Source: the human T2T-CHM13v2.0 reference genome, Homo sapiens. Taken from it: a DNA stretch of 64,000 nucleotides. Both the position numbers and the translations under genes were made by a program. The notes beneath the pieces are model-generated. The model searched no databases, was not told the DNA's origin, and worked only from the letters and a program-made list of their open reading frames with translations. Below are positions 44,401 to 58,776 of the stretch, in pieces. The first letter of the stretch is position 1. Each line of letters begins with the position of its first letter. The DNA lies in assembly GCF_009914755.1 (NCBI RefSeq), contig NC_060927.1; one strand, written 5' to 3'.

Positions 44401-47330
44401 ATTATATACTGTACATAAAATATGAAATTACATCAAATATATATTATATTAGGTACATAAAATATGAAAGTACATCAAATATAGACTATATACTGTAAAT
44501 ATAATATCAATGTACCCCAAATATATATTTTATACTCTACATGAAATATCAAAGTTCACAAACCATATATTATATACTGTACATAAAATATCAAAGTACC
44601 CAAGGTATATATTCTATACTGTACAAAAAATATCAAAGTACCCAAAGCATGTATTATATACTGTACATAAAATATGAAAGTACATCAAATATATATTTTA
44701 TTCTGTACATAAAATATCAAAGTACACCAGATATATATTCTATAGTGTACATAAAATATCAAAGTACCCAAACTATACATTATATACTGTACATAAAATA
44801 TGAAATTACATCAAATATATATTATATTAGGTAAATGAAATATGAAAGTACATCAAATATAGATTATATACTGTACATAAAATATGAAAGTACCCCAAAT
44901 ATATATTATATACTCTACATGAAATATCAAAGTTCACAAACTATATATTATATACTGTACATAAAATATCAAAGTACCCAAGGTATATATTCTATACTGT
45001 ACAAAAAATATCAAAGTATCCAAAGCATGTATTATATACTGTATATAAAATATGAAAGTACATCAAATATATATTTTATTCTGTACATAAAATATCAAAG
45101 TACACCAGATATATATTCTATAGTGTACATAAAATATCAAAGTACCCAAACTATACATTATATACTGTACATAAAATATGAAATTACAGCAAATATATAT
45201 TATATTAGGTACATAAAATATGAAAGTACATCAAATATAGATTATATACTCTACATTAAATACCAAAGTACCCCAAATATATATTTTATACTGTACATGA
45301 AATATCAAAGTTCACAAACTATATATTATATACTGTACATAAAATATCAATGTACCCAAGGTATATATTCTATACTGCACAAAAAATATCAAAGTACCCA
45401 AAGCATGTATTATATACTGTATATAAAATATGAAAGTACATCAAATATATATTTTATTCTGTACATAAAATATCAAAGTACACCAGATATATATTCTATA
45501 GTGTACATAAAATATCAAAGTACCCAAACTATACATTATATACTGTACATAAAATATGAAATTACATCAAATATATATTATATTAGGTACATAAAATACG
45601 AAAGTACATCAAATATAGATTATATACTGTACATAAAATATGAAAGTACCCCAATATATATTATATACTCTACATGAAATATCAAAGTTCACAAACTATA
45701 TATTATGTACTGTACATAAAATATCAAACTACCCAAGGTATATATTCTATACTGTACAAAAAATATCAAAGTACCCAAAGCATGTATTATATAATGTACA
45801 TAAAATATGAAAGTACATCAAATATATATTTTATTCTGTACATAAAATATCAAAGAACACCAGATATATATTCTATAGTGTACATAAAATATCAAAGTAC
45901 CCAAACTATACATTATATACTGTACATAAAATATGAAATTACAGCAAATATATATTATATTAGGTACATAAAATATGAAAGTACATCAAATATAGATTAT
46001 ATACTGTACATTAAATACCAAAGTACCCCAAATATATATTTTATACTGTACATGAAATATCAAAGTTCACAAACTATATATTATATACTGTACATAATAT
46101 ATCAATGTACCCAAGGTATATATTCTATACTGCACAAAAAATATCAAAGTACCCAAAGCATGTATTATATACTGTATATAAAATATGAAAGTACATCAAA
46201 TATATATTTTATTCTGTACATAAAATATCAAAGTACACCAGATATATATTCTATAGTGTACATAAAATAACAAAGTACACAAACTATAAATTATATCCTG
46301 TACATAAAATATGAAATTACATCAAATATATATTAGGTACATAAAATATGAAAGTACATCAAATATAGATTATATACTGTACATTAAGTACCAAAGTACA
46401 CCAAATATATATTTTATTCTGTACATAAAATATCAAAGTACACCAGATATATATTCTATAGTGTACATAAAATATCAAAGTACCCAAACTATACATTATA
46501 TACTGTACATAAAATATGAAATTACATCAAATATATATTATATTAGGTAAATGAAATATGAAAGTACATCAAATATAGATTATATACTGTACATAAAATA
46601 TGAAAGTACCCCAAATATATATTATATACTCTACATGAAATATCAAAGTTCACAAACTATATATTATATACTGTACATAAAATATCAAAGTACCCAAGGT
46701 ATATATTCTATACTGTACAAAAAATATCAAAGTATCCAAAGCATGTATTATATACTGTATATAAAATATGAAAGTACATCAAATATATATTTTATTCTGT
46801 ACATAAAATATCAAAGTACACCAGATATATATTCTATAGTGTACATAAAATAACAAAGTACACAAACTATAAATTATATAGTGTACATAAAATATGAAAT
46901 TACATCAAATATATATTAGGTACATAAAATATGAAAGTACATCAAATATAGATTATATACTGTACATATAATATCAATGTACCCGAAATATATATTTTAT
47001 ACTCTACATGAAATATCAAAGTTCACAAACCATATATTGTATACTGCACATAAAATATCAAAATACCCAAGGTATATATTCTATACTGTACAAAAAATAT
47101 CAAAGTACCCAAAGCAGGTATTATATACTGTACATAAAATATGAAAGTACATCAAATATATATTTTATTCTGTACATAAAATATCAAAGTACACCAGATA
47201 TATATTCTATAGCGTACATAAAATATCAAAGTACACAAACTATACATTATATACTGTACATAAAATATGAAATTACATCAAATATATATTATATTAGGTA
47301 CATAAAATATGAAAGTACATCAAATATAGA
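41445..47330 (+). repeat. Tandem duplication with 2845-bp period (about 2 copies)
   Basis: ORFs 41696/41990/42829/43466/43706/44163 recur at 44541/44835/45674/46311/46551/47008 with identical translations. Confidence 0.92.
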
Positions 47331-48896
47331 TTATATACTGTAAATATAATATCAATGTACCCCAAATATATATTTTATACTCTACATGAAATATCAAAGT
47401 TCACAAACCATATATTATATACTGTACATAAAATATCAAAGTACCCAAGGTATATATTCTATACTGTACAAAAAATATCAAAGTACCCAAAGCATGTATT
47501 ATATACTGTACATAAAATATGAAAGTACATCAAATATATATTTTATTCTGTACATAAAATATCAAAGTACACCAGATATATATTCTATAGCGTACATAAA
47601 ATATCAAAGTACCCAAACTATACATTATATACTGTACATAAAATATGAAATTACATCAAATATATATTATATTAGGTAAATGAAATATGAAAGTACATCA
47701 AATATAGATTATATACTGTACATAAAATATGAAAGTACCCCAAATATATATTATATACTCTACATGAAATATCAAAGTTCACAAACCATATATTATATAC
47801 TGTCCATAAAATATCAAAGTACCCAAGGTATATATTTTATACTGTACAAAAAATATCAAAGTACCCAAAGCATGTATTATATACTATACCTAAAATATGA
47901 AAGTACATCAAATATATATTTTATTCTGTACATAAAATATCAAAGTACACCAGATATATATTCTACAGTGTATATAAAATATCAAAGTACCCAAACTATA
48001 CATTATATACTGTACATAAAATATGAAATTACATCAAATATATATTATATTAGGTACATAAAATATGAAAGTACATGAAGTATAGATTATATACTGTACA
48101 TAAAATATCAAAGTACCCCAAATTTATATTATATACTATACATGAAATATCAAAGTTCACAAACCATATATTATATACTGTACATAAAATATCAAAGTAC
48201 CCAAGGTATATATTCTATACTGTACAAAAAATATCAAAGTACCCAAAGCATGTATTATATACTATACCTAAAATATGAAAGTACATCAAATATATATTTT
48301 ATTCTGTACATAAAATATCAAAGTACACCAGATATATATTCTACAGTGTACATAAAATATCAAAGTACCCAAACTATACATTATATACTGTACATAAAAT
48401 ATGAAATTACATCAAATATATATTATATTAAGTACATAAAATACGAAAGTACATCAAATATAGATTATATACTGTACATAAAATATCAAAGTACCCCAAT
48501 ATATATTATATACTGTACATGAAATATCAAAGTTCACAAACTATATATTATGTACTGTACATAAAATATCAAAGTACCCAAGGTATATATTCTATACTGT
48601 ACAAAAAATATCAAAGTACCCAAAGCATGTATTATATAATGTACATAAAATATGAAAGTACATCAAATATATATTTTATTCTGTACATAAAATATCAAAG
48701 TACACCAGATATATATTCTATAGCGTACATAAAATATCAAAGTACACAAACTATACATTATATACTGTACATAAAATATGAAATTACATCAAATATATAT
48801 TATATTAGGTAAATGAAATATGAAAGTACATCAAATATAGATTATATACTGTACATAAAATATGAAAGTACCCCAAATACATATTATATACTCTAC

Positions 48897-49106
48897 ATGA
48901 AATATCAAAGTTCACAAACTATATATTATATACTGTACATAAAATATCAAAGTACCCAAGGTATATATTCTATACTGTACAAAAAATATCAAAGTATCCA
49001 AAGCATGTATTATATACTGTATATAAAATATGAAAGTACATCAAATATAGATTATATACTCTACATTAAATACCAAAGTACCCCAAATATATATTTTATA
49101 CTGTAC
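48897..49106 (+). repeat. 210-bp 5-mer deletion variant (four monomers lost)
   Basis: Marker spacing 48897->49107 = 210 = 5x42. The monomer 4 head runs into the monomer 8 tail (TCAAATATAGATTATATACTCTACATTAAATACC). Confidence 0.87.
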
Positions 49107-49483
49107 ATGAAATATCAAAGTTCACAAACTATATATTATATACTGTACATAAAATATCAATGTACCCAAGGTATATATTCTATACTGCACAAAAAATATC
49201 AAAGTACCCAAAGCATGTATTATATACTGTATATAAAATATGAAAGTACATCAAATATATATTTTATTCTGTACATAAAATATCAAAGTACACCAGATAT
49301 ATATTCTATAGTGTACATAAAATATCAAAGTACCCAAACTATACATTATATACTGTACATAAAATATGAAATTACATCAAATATATATTATATTAGGTAC
49401 ATAAAATACGAAAGTACATCAAATATAGATTATATACTGTACATAAAATATGAAAGTACCCCAATATATATTATATACTCTAC

Positions 49484-51747
49484 ATGAAATATCAAAGTTC
49501 ACAAACTATATATTATGTACTGTACATAAAATATCAAACTACCCAAGGTATATATTCTATACTGTACAAAAAATATCAAAGTACCCAAAGCATGTATTAT
49601 ATAATGTACATAAAATATGAAAGTACATCAAATATATATTTTATTCTGTACATAAAATATCAAAGAACACCAGATATATATTCTATAGTGTACATAAAAT
49701 ATCAAAGTACCCAAACTATACATTATATACTGTACATAAAATATGAAATTACAGCAAATATATATTATATTAGGTACATAAAATATGAAAGTACATCAAA
49801 TATAGATTATATACTGTAAATATAATATCAATGTACCCCAAATATATATTTTATACTCTACATGAAATATCAAAGTTCACAAACCATATATTATATACTG
49901 TACATAAAATATCAAAGTACCCAAGGTATATATTCTATACTGTACAAAAAATATCAAAGTACCCAAAGCATGTATTATATACTATACCTAAAATATGAAA
50001 GTACATCAAATATATATTTTATTCTGTACATAAAATATCAAAGTACACCAGATATATATTCTACAGTGTACATAAAATATCAAAGTACCCAAACTATACA
50101 TTATATACTGTACATAAAATATGAAATTACATCAAATATATATTATATTAGGTACATAAAATACGAAAGTACATCAAATATAGATTATATACTGTACATA
50201 AAATATCAAAGTACCCCAATATATATTATATACTGTACATGAAATATCAAAGTTCACAAACTATATATTATGTACTGTACATAAAATATCAAAGTACCCA
50301 AGGTATATATTCTATACTGTACAAAAAATATCAAAGTACCCAAAGCATGTATTATATAATGTACATAAAATATGAAAGTACATCAAATATATATTTTATT
50401 CTGTACATAAAATATCAAAGTACACCAGATATATATTCTATAGCGTACATAAAATATCAAAGTACACAAACTATACATTATATACTGTACATAAAATATG
50501 AAATTACATCAAATATATATTATATTAGGTACATAAAATACGAAAGTACATCAAATATAGATTATATACTGTACATAAAATATGAAACTACCCCAATATA
50601 TATTATATACTCTACATGAAATATCAAAGTTCACAAACTATATATTATGTACTGTACATAAAATATCAAACTACCCAAGGTATATATTCTATACTGTACA
50701 AAAAATATCAAAGTACCCAAAGCATGTATTATATAATGTACATAAAATATGAAAGTACATCAAATATATATTTTATTCTGTACATAAAATATCAAAGAAC
50801 ACCAGATATATATTCTATAGTGTACATAAAATATCAAAGTACCCAAACTATACATTATATACTGTACATAAAATATGAAATTACATCAAATATATATTAT
50901 ATTAGGTACATAAAATATGAAAGTACATCAAATATAGATTATATACTGTAAATATAATATCAATGTACCCCAAATATATATTTTATACTCTACATGAAAT
51001 ATCAAAGTTCACAAACCATATATTATATACTGTACATAAAATATCAAAGTACCCAAGGTATATATTCTATACTGTACAAAAAATATCAAAGTACCCAAAG
51101 CATGTATTATATACTATACCTAAAATATGAAAGTACATCAAATATATATTTTATTCTGTACATAAAATATCAAAGTACACCAGATATATATTCTACAGTG
51201 TACATAAAATATCAAAGTACCCAAACTATACATTATATACTGTACATAAAATATGAAATTACATCAAATATATATTATATTAGGTACATAAAATACGAAA
51301 GTACATCAAATATAGATTATATACTGTACATAAAATATCAAAGTACCCCAATATATATTATATACTGTACATGAAATATCAAAGTTCACAAACTATATAT
51401 TATGTACTGTACATAAAATATCAAAGTACCCAAGGTATATATTCTATACTGTACAAAAAATATCAAAGTACCCAAAGCATGTATTATATAATGTACATAA
51501 AATATGAAAGTACATCAAATATATATTTTATTCTGTACATAAAATATCAAAGTACACCAGATATATATTCTATAGCGTACATAAAATATCAAAGTACACA
51601 AACTATACATTATATACTGTACATAAAATATGAAATTACATCAAATATATATTATATTAGGTACATAAAATACGAAAGTACATCAAATATAGATTATATA
51701 CTGTACATAAAATATCAAAGTACCCCAATATATATTATATACTGTAC
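49484..51747 (+). repeat. Local tandem 1132-bp period (three 9-mers: 378+377+377), two copies
   Basis: ORF starts 49484/49862/50239 recur at 50616/50994/51371. The same triplet order also appears at 10718 and 62843. Confidence 0.8.
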
Positions 51748-54700
51748 ATGAAATATCAAAGTTCACAAACTATATATTATGTACTGTACATAAAATATCA
51801 AAGTACCCAAGGTATATATTCTATACTGTACAAAAAATATCAAAGTACCCAAAGCATGTATTATATAATGTACATAAAATATGAAAGTACATCAAATATA
51901 TATTTTATTCTGTACATAAAATATCAAAGAACACCAGATATATATTCTATAGTGTACATAAAATATCAAAGTACCCAAACTATACATTATATACTGTACA
52001 TAAAATATGAAATTACATCATATATATATTAGGTACATAAAATATGAAAGTACATCAAATATATATTTTATTCTGTACATAAAATATCAAAGTACACCAG
52101 ATATATATTCTATAGTGTACATAAAATAACAAAGTACACAAACTATAAATTATATAGTGTACATAAAATATGAAATTACATCAAATATATATTAGGTACA
52201 TAAAATATGAAAGTACATCAAATATAGATTATATACTGTACATATAATATCAATGTACCCGAAATATATATTTTATACTCTACATGAAATATCAAAGTTC
52301 ACAAACCATATATTGTATACTGCACATAAAATATCAAAATACCCAAGGTATATATTCTATACTGTACAAAAAATATCAAAGTACCCAAAGCAGGTATTAT
52401 ATACTGTACATAAAATATGAAAGTACATCAAATATATATTTTATTCTGTACATAAAATATCAAAGTACACCAGATATATATTCTATAGCGTACATAAAAT
52501 ATCAAAGTACACAAACTATACATTATATACTGTACATAAAATATGAAATTACATCAAATATATATTATATTAGGTACATAAAATATGAAAGTACATCAAA
52601 TATAGATTATATACTGTAAATATAATATCAATGTACCCCAAATATATATTTTATACTCTACATGAAATATCAAAGTTCACAAACCATATATTATATACTG
52701 TACATAAAATATCAAAGTACCCAAGGTATATATTCTATACTGTACAAAAAATATCAAAGTACCCAAAGCATGTATTATATACTGTACATAAAATATGAAA
52801 GTACATCAAATATATATTTTATTCTGTACATAAAATATCAAAGTACACCAGATATATATTCTATAGCGTACATAAAATATCAAAGTACCCAAACTATACA
52901 TTATATACTGTACATAAAATATGAAATTACATCAAATATATATTATATTAGGTAAATGAAATATGAAAGTACATCAAATATAGATTATATACTGTACATA
53001 AAATATGAAAGTACCCCAAATATATATTATATACTCTACATGAAATATCAAAGTTCACAAACCATATATTATATACTGTCCATAAAATATCAAAGTACCC
53101 AAGGTATATATTTTATACTGTACAAAAAATATCAAAGTACCCAAAGCATGTATTATATACTATACCTAAAATATGAAAGTACATGAAATATATATTTTAT
53201 TCTGTACATAAAATATCAAAGTACACCAGATATATATTCTACAGTGTATATAAAATATCAAAGTACCCAAACTATACATTATATACTGTACATAAAATAT
53301 GAAATTACATCAAATATATATTATATTAGGTACATAAAATATGAAAGTACATGAAGTATAGATTATATACTGTACATAAAATATCAAAGTACCCCAAATT
53401 TATATTATATACTATACATGAAATATCAAAGTTCACAAACCATATATTATATACTGTACATAAAATATCAAAGTACCCAAGGTATATATTCTATACTGTA
53501 CAAAAAATATCAAAGTACCCAAAGCATGTATTATATACTATACCTAAAATATGAAAGTACATCAAATATATATTTTATTCTGTACATAAAATATCAAAGA
53601 ACACCAGATATATATTCTACAGTGTACATAAAATATCAAAGTACCCAAACTATACATTATATACTGTACATAAAATATGAAATTACATCAAATATATATT
53701 ATATTAAGTACATAAAATACGAAAGTACATCAAATATAGATTATATACTGTACATAAAATATCAAAGTACCCCAATATATATTATATACTGTACATGAAA
53801 TATCAAAGTTCACAAACTATATATTATGTACTGTACATAAAATATCAAAGTACCCAAGGTATATATTCTATACTGTACAAAAAATATCAAAGTACCCAAA
53901 GCATGTATTATATAATGTACATAAAATATGAAAGTACATCAAATATATATTTTATTCTGTACATAAAATATCAAAGTACACCAGATATATATTCTATAGC
54001 GTACATAAAATATCAAAGTACACAAACTATACATTATATACTGTACATAAAATATGAAATTACATCAAATATATATTATATTAGGTAAATGAAATATGAA
54101 AGTACATCAAATATAGATTATATACTGTACATAAAATATGAAAGTACCCCAAATACATATTATATACTCTACATGAAATATCAAAGTTCACAAACTATAT
54201 ATTATATACTGTACATAAAATATCAAAGTACCCAAGGTATATATTCTATACTGTACAAAAAATATCAAAGTATCCAAAGCATGTATTATATACTGTATAT
54301 AAAATATGAAAGTACATCAAATATATATTTTATTCTGTACATAAAATATCAAAGTACACCAGATATATATTCTATAGCGTACATAAAATATCAAAGTACA
54401 CAAACTATACATTATATACTGTACATAAAATATGAAATTACATCAAATATATATTATATTAGGTACATAAAATATGAAAGTACATCAAATATAGACTATA
54501 TACTGTAAATATAATATCAATGTACCCCAAATATATATTTTATACTCTACATGAAATATCAAAGTTCACAAACCATATATTATATACTGTACATAAAATA
54601 TCAAAGTACCCAAGGTATATATTCTATACTGTACAAAAAATATCAAAGTACCCAAAGCATGTATTATATACTGTACATAAAATATGAAAGTACATCAAAT

Positions 54701-57700
54701 ATATATTTTATTCTGTACATAAAATATCAAAGTACACCAGATATATATTCTATAGTGTACATAAAATATCAAAGTACCCAAACTATACATTATATACTGT
54801 ACATAAAATATGAAATTACATCAAATATATATTATATTAGGTACATGAAATTTGAAAGTACATCAAATATAGATTATATACTGTACATAAAATATGAAAG
54901 TACCCCAAATATATATTATATACTCTACATGAAATATCAAAGTTCACAAACTATATATTATATACTGTACATAAAATATCAAAGTACCCAAGGTATATAT
55001 TCTATACTGTACAAAAAATATCAAAGTATCCAAAGCATGTATTATATACTGTATATAAAATATGAAAGTACATCAAATATATATTTTATTCTGTACATAA
55101 AATATCAAAGTACACCAGATATATATTCTATAGTGTACATAAAATATCAAAGTACCCAAACTATACATTATATACTGTACATAAAATATGAAATTACAGC
55201 AAATATATATTATATTAGGTACATAAAATATGAAAGTACATCAAATATAGATTATATACTCTACATTAAATACCAAAGTACCCCAAATATATATTTTATA
55301 CTGTACATGAAATATCAAAGTTCACAAACTATATATTATATACTGTACATAAAATATCAATGTACCCAAGGTATATATTCTATACTGCACAAAAAATATC
55401 AAAGTACCCAAAGCATGTATTATATACTGTATATAAAATATGAAAGTACATCAAATATATATTTTATTCTGTACATAAAATATCAAAGTACACCAGATAT
55501 ATATTCTATAGTGTACATAAAATATCAAAGTACCCAAACTATACATTATATACTGTACATAAAATATGAAATTACATCAAATATATATTATATTAGGTAC
55601 ATAAAATACGAAAGTACATCAAATATAGATTATATACTGTACATAAAATATGAAAGTACCCCAATATATATTATATACTCTACATGAAATATCAAAGTTC
55701 ACAAACTATATATTATGTACTGTACATAAAATATCAAACTACCCAAGGTATATATTCTATACTGTACAAAAAATATCAAAGTACCCAAAGCATGTATTAT
55801 ATAATGTACATAAAATATGAAAGTACATCAAATATATATTTTATTCTGTACATAAAATATCAAAGAACACCAGATATATATTCTATAGTGTACATAAAAT
55901 ATCAAAGTACCCAAACTATACATTATATACTGTACATAAAATATGAAATTACAGCAAATATATATTATATTAGGTACATAAAATATGAAAGTACATCAAA
56001 TATAGATTATATACTGTACATTAAATACCAAAGTACCCCAAATATATATTTTATACTGTACATGAAATATCAAAGTTCACAAACTATATATTATATACTG
56101 TACATAATATATCAAAGTACCCAAGGTATATATTCTATACTGTACAAAAAATATCAAAGTACCCAAAGCATGTATTATATAATGTACATAAAATATGAAA
56201 GTACATCAAATATATATTTTATTCTGTACATAAAATATCAAAGTACACCAGATATATATTCTATAGCGTACATAAAATATCAAAGTACACAAACTATACA
56301 TTATATACTGTACATAAAATATGAAATTACATCAAATATATATTATATTAGGTACATAAAATACGAAAGTACATCAAATATAGATTATATACTGTACATA
56401 AAATATCAAAGTACCCCAATATATATTATATACTGTACATGAAATATCAAAGTTCACAAACTATATATTATGTACTGTACATAAAATATCAAAGTACCCA
56501 AGGTATATATTCTATACTGTACAAAAAATATCAAAGTACCCAAAGCATGTATTATATAATGTACATAAAATATGAAAGTACATCAAATATATATTTTATT
56601 CTGTACATAAAATATCAAAGAACACCAGATATATATTCTATAGTGTACATAAAATATCAAAGTACCCAAACTATACATTATATACTGTACATAAAATATG
56701 AAATTACATCATATATATATTAGGTACATAAAATATGAAAGTACATCAAATATATATTTTATTCTGTACATAAAATATCAAAGTACACCAGATATATATT
56801 CTATAGTGTACATAAAATAACAAAGTACACAAACTATAAATTATATAGTGTACATAAAATATGAAATTACATCAAATATATATTAGGTACATAAAATATG
56901 AAAGTACATCAAATATAGATTATATACTGTACATATAATATCAATGTACCCGAAATATATATTTTATACTCTACATGAAATATCAAAGTTCACAAACCAT
57001 ATATTGTATACTGCACATAAAATATCAAAATACCCAAGGTATATATTCTATACTGTACAAAAAATATCAAAGTACCCAAAGCAGGTATTATATACTGTAC
57101 ATAAAATATGAAAGTACATCAAATATATATTTTATTCTGTACATAAAATATCAAAGTACACCAGATATATATTCTATAGCGTACATAAAATATCAAAGTA
57201 CACAAACTATACATTATATACTGTACATAAAATATGAAATTACATCAAATATATATTATATTAGGTACATAAAATATGAAAGTACATCAAATATAGATTA
57301 TATACTGTAAATATAATATCAATGTACCCCAAATATATATTTTATACTCTACATGAAATATCAAAGTTCACAAACCATATATTATATACTGTACATAAAA
57401 TATCAAAGTACCCAAGGTATATATTCTATACTGTACAAAAAATATCAAAGTACCCAAAGCATGTATTATATACTGTACATAAAATATGAAAGTACATCAA
57501 ATATATATTTTATTCTGTACATAAAATATCAAAGTACACCAGATATATATTCTATAGCGTACATAAAATATCAAAGTACCCAAACTATACATTATATACT
57601 GTACATAAAATATGAAATTACATCAAATATATATTATATTAGGTAAATGAAATATGAAAGTACATCAAATATAGATTATATACTGTACATAAAATATGAA

Positions 57701-58776
57701 AGTACCCCAAATATATATTATATACTCTACATGAAATATCAAAGTTCACAAACCATATATTATATACTGTCCATAAAATATCAAAGTACCCAAGGTATAT
57801 ATTTTATACTGTACAAAAAATATCAAAGTACCCAAAGCATGTATTATATACTATACCTAAAATATGAAAGTACATGAAATATATATTTTATTCTGTACAT
57901 AAAATATCAAAGTACACCAGATATATATTCTACAGTGTATATAAAATATCAAAGTACCCAAACTATACATTATATACTGTACATAAAATATGAAATTACA
58001 TCAAATATATATTATATTAGGTACATAAAATATGAAAGTACATGAAGTATAGATTATATACTGTACATAAAATATCAAAGTACCCCAAATTTATATTATA
58101 TACTATACATGAAATATCAAAGTTCACAAACCATATATTATATACTGTACATAAAATATCAAAGTACCCAAGGTATATATTCTATACTGTACAAAAAATA
58201 TCAAAGTACCCAAAGCATGTATTATATACTATACCTAAAATATGAAAGTACATCAAATATATATTTTATTCTGTACATAAAATATCAAAGAACACCAGAT
58301 ATATATTCTACAGTGTACATAAAATATCAAAGTACCCAAACTATACATTATATACTGTACATAAAATATGAAATTACATCAAATATATATTATATTAAGT
58401 ACATAAAATACGAAAGTACATCAAATATAGATTATATACTGTACATAAAATATCAAAGTACCCCAATATATATTATATACTGTACATGAAATATCAAAGT
58501 TCACAAACTATATATTATGTACTGTACATAAAATATCAAAGTACCCAAGGTATATATTCTATACTGTACAAAAAATATCAAAGTACCCAAAGCATGTATT
58601 ATATAATGTACATAAAATATGAAAGTACATCAAATATATATTTTATTCTGTACATAAAATATCAAAGTACACCAGATATATATTCTATAGCGTACATAAA
58701 ATATCAAAGTACACAAACTATACATTATATACTGTACATAAAATATGAAATTACATCAAATATATATTATATTAGG
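51420..58776 (+). repeat. Duplicated ~2.7-kb block: 51420-54085 and 56111-58776 (offset 4691); a related third copy at about 46850-49020 (offset -5276)
   Basis: ORFs 51748/52284/52662/52956/53351/53418/53795 recur at +4691. The shared rare variant GTACATGAAATATATATTTTAT truncates ORFs 52956 and 57647 at 76 aa. ORFs 47008-48813 map to 52284-54089 at +5276. Confidence 0.88.
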
